Of a DNA stretch of 64,000 nucleotides, positions 59,857 through 64,000 are shown piece after piece. The position numbers were made by a program, and so were the translations under genes. Under the pieces are notes generated by a model. It had not been told where the DNA came from and searched no databases. It was given only the letters and a program-made list of their open reading frames with translations. The DNA is from an uncultured Candidatus Saccharibacteria bacterium (GTDB taxonomy: Bacteria; Patescibacteriota; Saccharimonadia; Saccharimonadales; Saccharimonadaceae), in NCBI GenBank assembly GCA_963530635.1, contig CAUSEJ010000001.1, positions 38,216-102,215 on the forward strand, in the 5' to 3' direction. How positions within the stretch are numbered: position 1 is the stretch's first letter; each line of letters begins with the position of its first letter.

Positions 59857-62724
59857 GTGAAGATTAGACGTCAAAAACGTGGGATCGTCATGCGTATCGC
59901 ATCGGTTGTGGCTGTGAGTGGGCTCGCTATAGGCGGGCTTTTTTATGGCCTCAATTCGGTGAACGCAGCCGGTCTGAATAAAAACTATAATTATATCAAG
60001 GCAAATTACGCTGTGCCGAATGCCAACGTCGCCTGGGTGTCGCCCAACGGGGATGACAATAAGGGTAACGGAAGTGAGTCAGCACCATACAAGAGCTTTG
60101 GCCGCGCCGTCACGAAGATTAGCGACGGCGGAACAGTGGTGGCAAAGAGTGGTATCTACCGCGAGCCACACTTCTTTGTGACGAAGAAGAATGTCACCAT
60201 GCAGGCAGCACCGAACGCTGAGGTGTGGCTGAAGGGTAGTGATGTCGTGACTAACTGGTCGCGCGAAGGCAATATGTGGAAGGCCACTGGCAACTTCCAG
60301 AACTTCTGCCACGTCTGTACGACCAACATCAAGCCAGAAGTCGAAGGTATGGCTGCCTACCCAGAGCAGGTCTTTATTAACGACAAGCCACTGACGCAGG
60401 TCGGGAGCAAGGCTGAGGTCGGCCCGGGCAAGTTCTATGTAGAAGATGCCACCCAGACAACGCGTAGTGGTGGGCACTTCAATCCAGGTCGGCAAGACAC
60501 CGTCAGTTACTACCTAGGTTCTGACCCAACGGCTGGCACGACGGAGATCTCGCAGCGCACCCGCGCCTTTACCACAACAGGCGAGAACTTCAAGCTGCAG
60601 GGTATTAATATTGCACAATATGCACCAAACCAAACCTGGGGCTTTAAAGACCCTCAGCTAGACGACAAGGCTGGGCCAATCGCCATCTCCATCAACGGGA
60701 AGAACTCGCTGGTGCAAGATGTGATCGTGGCGCAGAACTCGAACTCCGGGCTATTCCTCGACAAAGCGTCGGGCAGTGTGGTAAAGAACAGCCAATTCCT
60801 CGACAACGGGGGTAATGGTGCTGGCGCAAACCGCATTGAGAATGCCGTATTTGAGAACAACACCTTTAGTAACAACAACGCCGCTGGTTTCGAAACCAAT
60901 GGTAGCTACTGTACCTCGTGGTGTGGTATGGCCGATGTGAAGGTGACTCACGCCGAGAACTTCACCTTCCGCAACAATGTGGTGGACTACTCGAAGTCTG
61001 GCTCGACCAACTCAGACATCGCTGTGGCCAAGCGTCACCAGCTGCCAGGCTTCTGGTGTGACGAAGGGTGTATCAACACCAACATCGTCAACAACTACTT
61101 TACTAACGTGCAGATGGCGATCTTCTACGAGGTATCACACACTGGTATCATCGCCTCGAACATTATTGAGGGTTCGGGCTCTGGTATCTTAGTGTCGGGT
61201 AGTAGCAAGACGAAGATCTACAACAACTCTATCTCACGCACCGCCTACCCAATTCGCGTCCGCGAGGACACCCGCAGCAAGGGTTGTAACGCTTACCAGG
61301 GCAGCACCTGTACTGCACCAGAGAGCTGGTCGCAAGCCAAAGGCCTGAGCTGGGACACGACGGGTACAGAGATGTACAACAACATCATCTCATCGCGTGC
61401 CGCAACTGCTAAGGATGGCGATAGCCCATACTGGGCATACGGTGTCCGCACCAAGGGTGGTGCCAACATTGGCGGGCCAAAGGTTGGTACAAACGAGATG
61501 TTTGCTGGCCTAGACTACAACGTCTACTACCGCAACGATACCAATGTCGACAAGACCGTCTTTACCTGGGACTTAGCTCAGACTGAGGCACCGATCGACG
61601 TCCTCTTTAGCAAGACATCAGACATTGCCAAAGATGGTCGGGTCAGCAAGGCGATTGATGGCCTCGAGCGCAATTCGCTCGACCAAGCTGGCTCACGCAG
61701 CGCCAACCCATTCTTCACCAGCGAAGCTGCGAACAACAACGACTACAACAAGAGTAACTACACCATCAAGGCTGGAAGCCCAGCTGCCAACAGTGGTAAG
61801 GAGCTGCCTGCCGACGTCGCGAAGGCAATCGACCCAAGTGGCGCAACTGTGAAGGCTGGCACCAAGGTGAACCGCGGTGCATTGGTCAATGCCAACATGA
61901 CTGGTGGCGAGCCAAACGTCAGCAGCAAGAGTAGTAGTACCCCACAACAAAATAACGCCAACGGCGCAACCACCAACGGGCAAGCAAACCCAAAAGCACC
62001 GGGCATGGGCAGCGCCAGTAAAGCTGACACTGCTCATGCAGCCCAAACCGCTGAGGCCGACACCAAGAGCGACAACAGCGTTGTGTCGGTCCCAGACGCT
62101 CGCCTCAAGGAGGCAATCAACAAGCGCCTGTCTGAGACCCTTGGCGCACGCCGCAGTGCCTCACAGGACGTGACAGCGGGTGAGATGCAAAAGCTAACTG
62201 GCTTGTCGCTCATCCTGCCAGGCGATGCGGCGGACGACCGCAAAGCTGCCGACCTAACTGGCCTCGAGGCAGCAACGAACCTCGACTGGTTAGCAATTGA
62301 TGGCAACAAAGTGAAGAGCCTTGCACCGCTCGCCAAGCTAACCAAGCTGACTTCGCTGACCGCTCATTCCAACCAGATTGAGTCGCTTGACCCAATCGCT
62401 GGCCTGGCAAACCTCAAGCTTGTAATGGTCTCGGGCAATCCAATTGCCTCCACCAAGCCACTTGCCAAGCTTGCGCACCTCAAGCGGGTCTCGCTCTCGG
62501 GCAAAGATGGCTTCGTGCTAGACGTTGCCGATGTTGCAGCTAGCAAGGGTAGCCTGGAGTCGCTCTCGCTCTACGACTACAGCCGCAAGACCACACTGGC
62601 CAACGGCAGCCAACTGGCGACATTTGGCAGCCTCAAGAAGCTTCGCCTCACAGGTGTCAAGCCAAGTGCTGCCGACAGCGCCGCCATTGGTCAGCTCAAA
62701 CTCGAACAGCGCCGCATCGACTAG
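59857..62724 (+). CDS. Secreted right-handed beta-helix protein with C-terminal internalin-type LRRs
   Basis: WVSPNGDD..G..SAPYKS, Asn ladders (FENNTFSNNN, IYNNSI), VPDARLKEAIN cap plus LxxLxxLxxLxLxxN repeats; GGGAGG RBS. Confidence 0.8.
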   Translation: MKIRRQKRGIVMRIASVVAVSGLAIGGLFYGLNSVNAAGLNKNYNYIKANYAVPNANVAWVSPNGDDNKGNGSESAPYKSFGRAVTKISDGGTVVAKSGIYREPHFFVTKKNVTMQAAPNAEVWLKGSDVVTNWSREGNMWKATGNFQNFCHVCTTNIKPEVEGMAAYPEQVFINDKPLTQVGSKAEVGPGKFYVEDATQTTRSGGHFNPGRQDTVSYYLGSDPTAGTTEISQRTRAFTTTGENFKLQGINIAQYAPNQTWGFKDPQLDDKAGPIAISINGKNSLVQDVIVAQNSNSGLFLDKASGSVVKNSQFLDNGGNGAGANRIENAVFENNTFSNNNAAGFETNGSYCTSWCGMADVKVTHAENFTFRNNVVDYSKSGSTNSDIAVAKRHQLPGFWCDEGCINTNIVNNYFTNVQMAIFYEVSHTGIIASNIIEGSGSGILVSGSSKTKIYNNSISRTAYPIRVREDTRSKGCNAYQGSTCTAPESWSQAKGLSWDTTGTEMYNNIISSRAATAKDGDSPYWAYGVRTKGGANIGGPKVGTNEMFAGLDYNVYYRNDTNVDKTVFTWDLAQTEAPIDVLFSKTSDIAKDGRVSKAIDGLERNSLDQAGSRSANPFFTSEAANNNDYNKSNYTIKAGSPAANSGKELPADVAKAIDPSGATVKAGTKVNRGALVNANMTGGEPNVSSKSSSTPQQNNANGATTNGQANPKAPGMGSASKADTAHAAQTAEADTKSDNSVVSVPDARLKEAINKRLSETLGARRSASQDVTAGEMQKLTGLSLILPGDAADDRKAADLTGLEAATNLDWLAIDGNKVKSLAPLAKLTKLTSLTAHSNQIESLDPIAGLANLKLVMVSGNPIASTKPLAKLAHLKRVSLSGKDGFVLDVADVAASKGSLESLSLYDYSRKTTLANGSQLATFGSLKKLRLTGVKPSAADSAAIGQLKLEQRRID

Positions 62725-62760
62725 GTTCCTCCCCATCAGCCAAGTCTGGTAGCGTACATG

Positions 62761-62789
62761 AAAAGCCGAGCAGAATCGCTCGGCTTTTT
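62761..62789 (+). terminator. Intrinsic (bidirectional) terminator
   Basis: AAAAGCCGAGC-N7-GCTCGGCTTTTT. Confidence 0.8.
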
Positions 62790-63106
62790 GCTGTCAAAAC
62801 TTTGTTGTGCCTGATTATGTAAAGATATGTATTTATGTATTGTGTTATGACGACACAGTTCTGGGTCTGAAGTGGTGAAGTATGAGGCGCGGTAAAAGGG
62901 AGCTCTTATCCTATAGCCTCTGCAGCACCTTTATATAGCCGAGAAGCACCCCAGAAGGCTAGCAGATAAGCAGAGACAACCTCTCTATATGGGAGATAGA
63001 GGTGAAATAGTGTCTGTAGCAGTGGGTGAGAGGTGCAGGGCCGTTTAATAGAGCCATGGTATAATACACTAGGCAGAACAAAGGAATACTATAGGAGCAC
63101 TCGAGT

Positions 63107-63367
63107 ATGAAAGAAAAGCATATGCAAACCCTTGGATGGGTTGCAACAGCAATGTCGGTGATGATGTACGTGTCATACATTCCACAAATCGTGGGTAATA
63201 TGAATGGGCACAAAGGTGACTTTCTTCAGCCAGCAGTCGCGGCAGTGAACTGTACGTTGTGGGTCATCTATGGCCTATGTAAAGAGAAGCGCGACCTACC
63301 GCTGGCTGCAGCTAACTTGCCTGGGGTCATCTTTGGCCTGATTGCAGCGACGACGGCACTTATGTAG
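63107..63367 (+). CDS. SemiSWEET (PQ-loop) transporter
   Basis: 86 aa, 3 TMs, YIPQI, LWVIYG, AAANLPG; AGGAG RBS. Confidence 0.85.
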   Translation: MKEKHMQTLGWVATAMSVMMYVSYIPQIVGNMNGHKGDFLQPAVAAVNCTLWVIYGLCKEKRDLPLAAANLPGVIFGLIAATTALM

Positions 63368-63407
63368 TGGCTACTTATGCTTTCTAGAGCAATACAATAT
63401 ATCAAAT

Positions 63408-63442
63408 GAGCGTCTCTCCATGGTGTATAGAGACGCTCTTTT
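63408..63442 (+). terminator. Intrinsic terminator
   Basis: GAGCGTCTCT...AGAGACGCTCTTTT. Confidence 0.75.
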
Positions 63443-63476
63443 GTAACTAGAATGAGACGAGTGGAATACTAACTGG

Positions 63477-64000
63477 TTGTGTGGTGCCCGCCTGCTCGTG
63501 CAGAACACGCGCAACAGCAAAGGCGATCTCTACCCCTACTTCATCTGCGCCAGGCGGCAGCGAACCCACGACTGCGCCTTCCGCGCCGTCCTGATCGACG
63601 TCGTCGAAGAGCGCATGAGCGCGCTGTACCAAACAATCCAGCTCAGCAGCCAGGATCGCCAGCTGGTGAAGCAGTATGTGCGGGAGGAGCTACGCCGCCT
63701 TGAGCGCGACAAAGACCGGACAATCCGCTCCCTGACGACACGGCGGACGAACATCGAAGACAAGCGCCGCCGCCTGATGCACGCCCACTACGAAGGAGCC
63801 GTTCCCCTAGAGCTCCTCAAAGAGGAACAGACCCAGCTCACGGCTGAGCTCGACCATATCGAGCGCCAGCTGACCGCCTACCAAGCCGACATAACCGAGG
63901 TGCGGCAGCGCCTTGCCCAAGCCCTTGATCTCCTCGAGGACTGCCACCGCCTCTACACCGCCGCGCCTGCCCACCTGAAGAAGCTGCTCAACCAAGTCTT
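63477..64000 (+). pseudogene. 5'-truncated large serine recombinase (Zn-ribbon and coiled-coil C-terminal part), runs off the window
   Basis: Manual translation CGARLLVQNTRNSKGDLYPYFICARRQRTHDCAF...RRRLMHAHYEGAVPLELLKEEQ; in-frame TGA at 63453; abrupt GC rise. Confidence 0.75.

Noticed and set aside
1..64000. Alternative genetic code (UGA read as Gly)
   Set aside because: Conserved genes are full-length under code 11 and several end in TGA

Overview
Chromosomal origin region of a small-genome bacterium. The gene content (VirB4/PrgI/VirB2-type secretion genes beside oriC, characteristic hypotheticals, few Shine-Dalgarno sites) looks like Saccharibacteria/TM7 (Patescibacteria); this is an inference. 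From left to right: (1) a ~20 kb cell-surface glycan locus (GT8, rmlD, wzx, DUF2142/GT-C, ChW-repeat surface protein, GT4/GT2s, wzt/wzm, gtrB/gtrA) with sucCD embedded; (2) jag-yidC-rnpA-rpmH, oriC and dnaA-dnaN-recF; (3) a minus-strand T4SS-like cluster with no relaxase in the window (VirB6-like, PrgI, VirB4 and a VirB4-associated protein) ending in translationally coupled peptidoglycan hydrolases (M15 peptidase; GH73 plus Cys-His amidase); (4) housekeeping and cell-wall genes (MacB-like ABC, degenerate PGI/PMI, murE, tsaD, two FemABX proteins, valS, rlmH, HIT), three tRNA-Ser genes and a VirB2-like pilin; (5) a beta-helix/LRR surface protein, SemiSWEET and a GC-rich, 5'-truncated large serine recombinase fragment. 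No CRISPR array, rRNA or intact IS was seen. All family calls come from reading motifs by eye, not from database searches.
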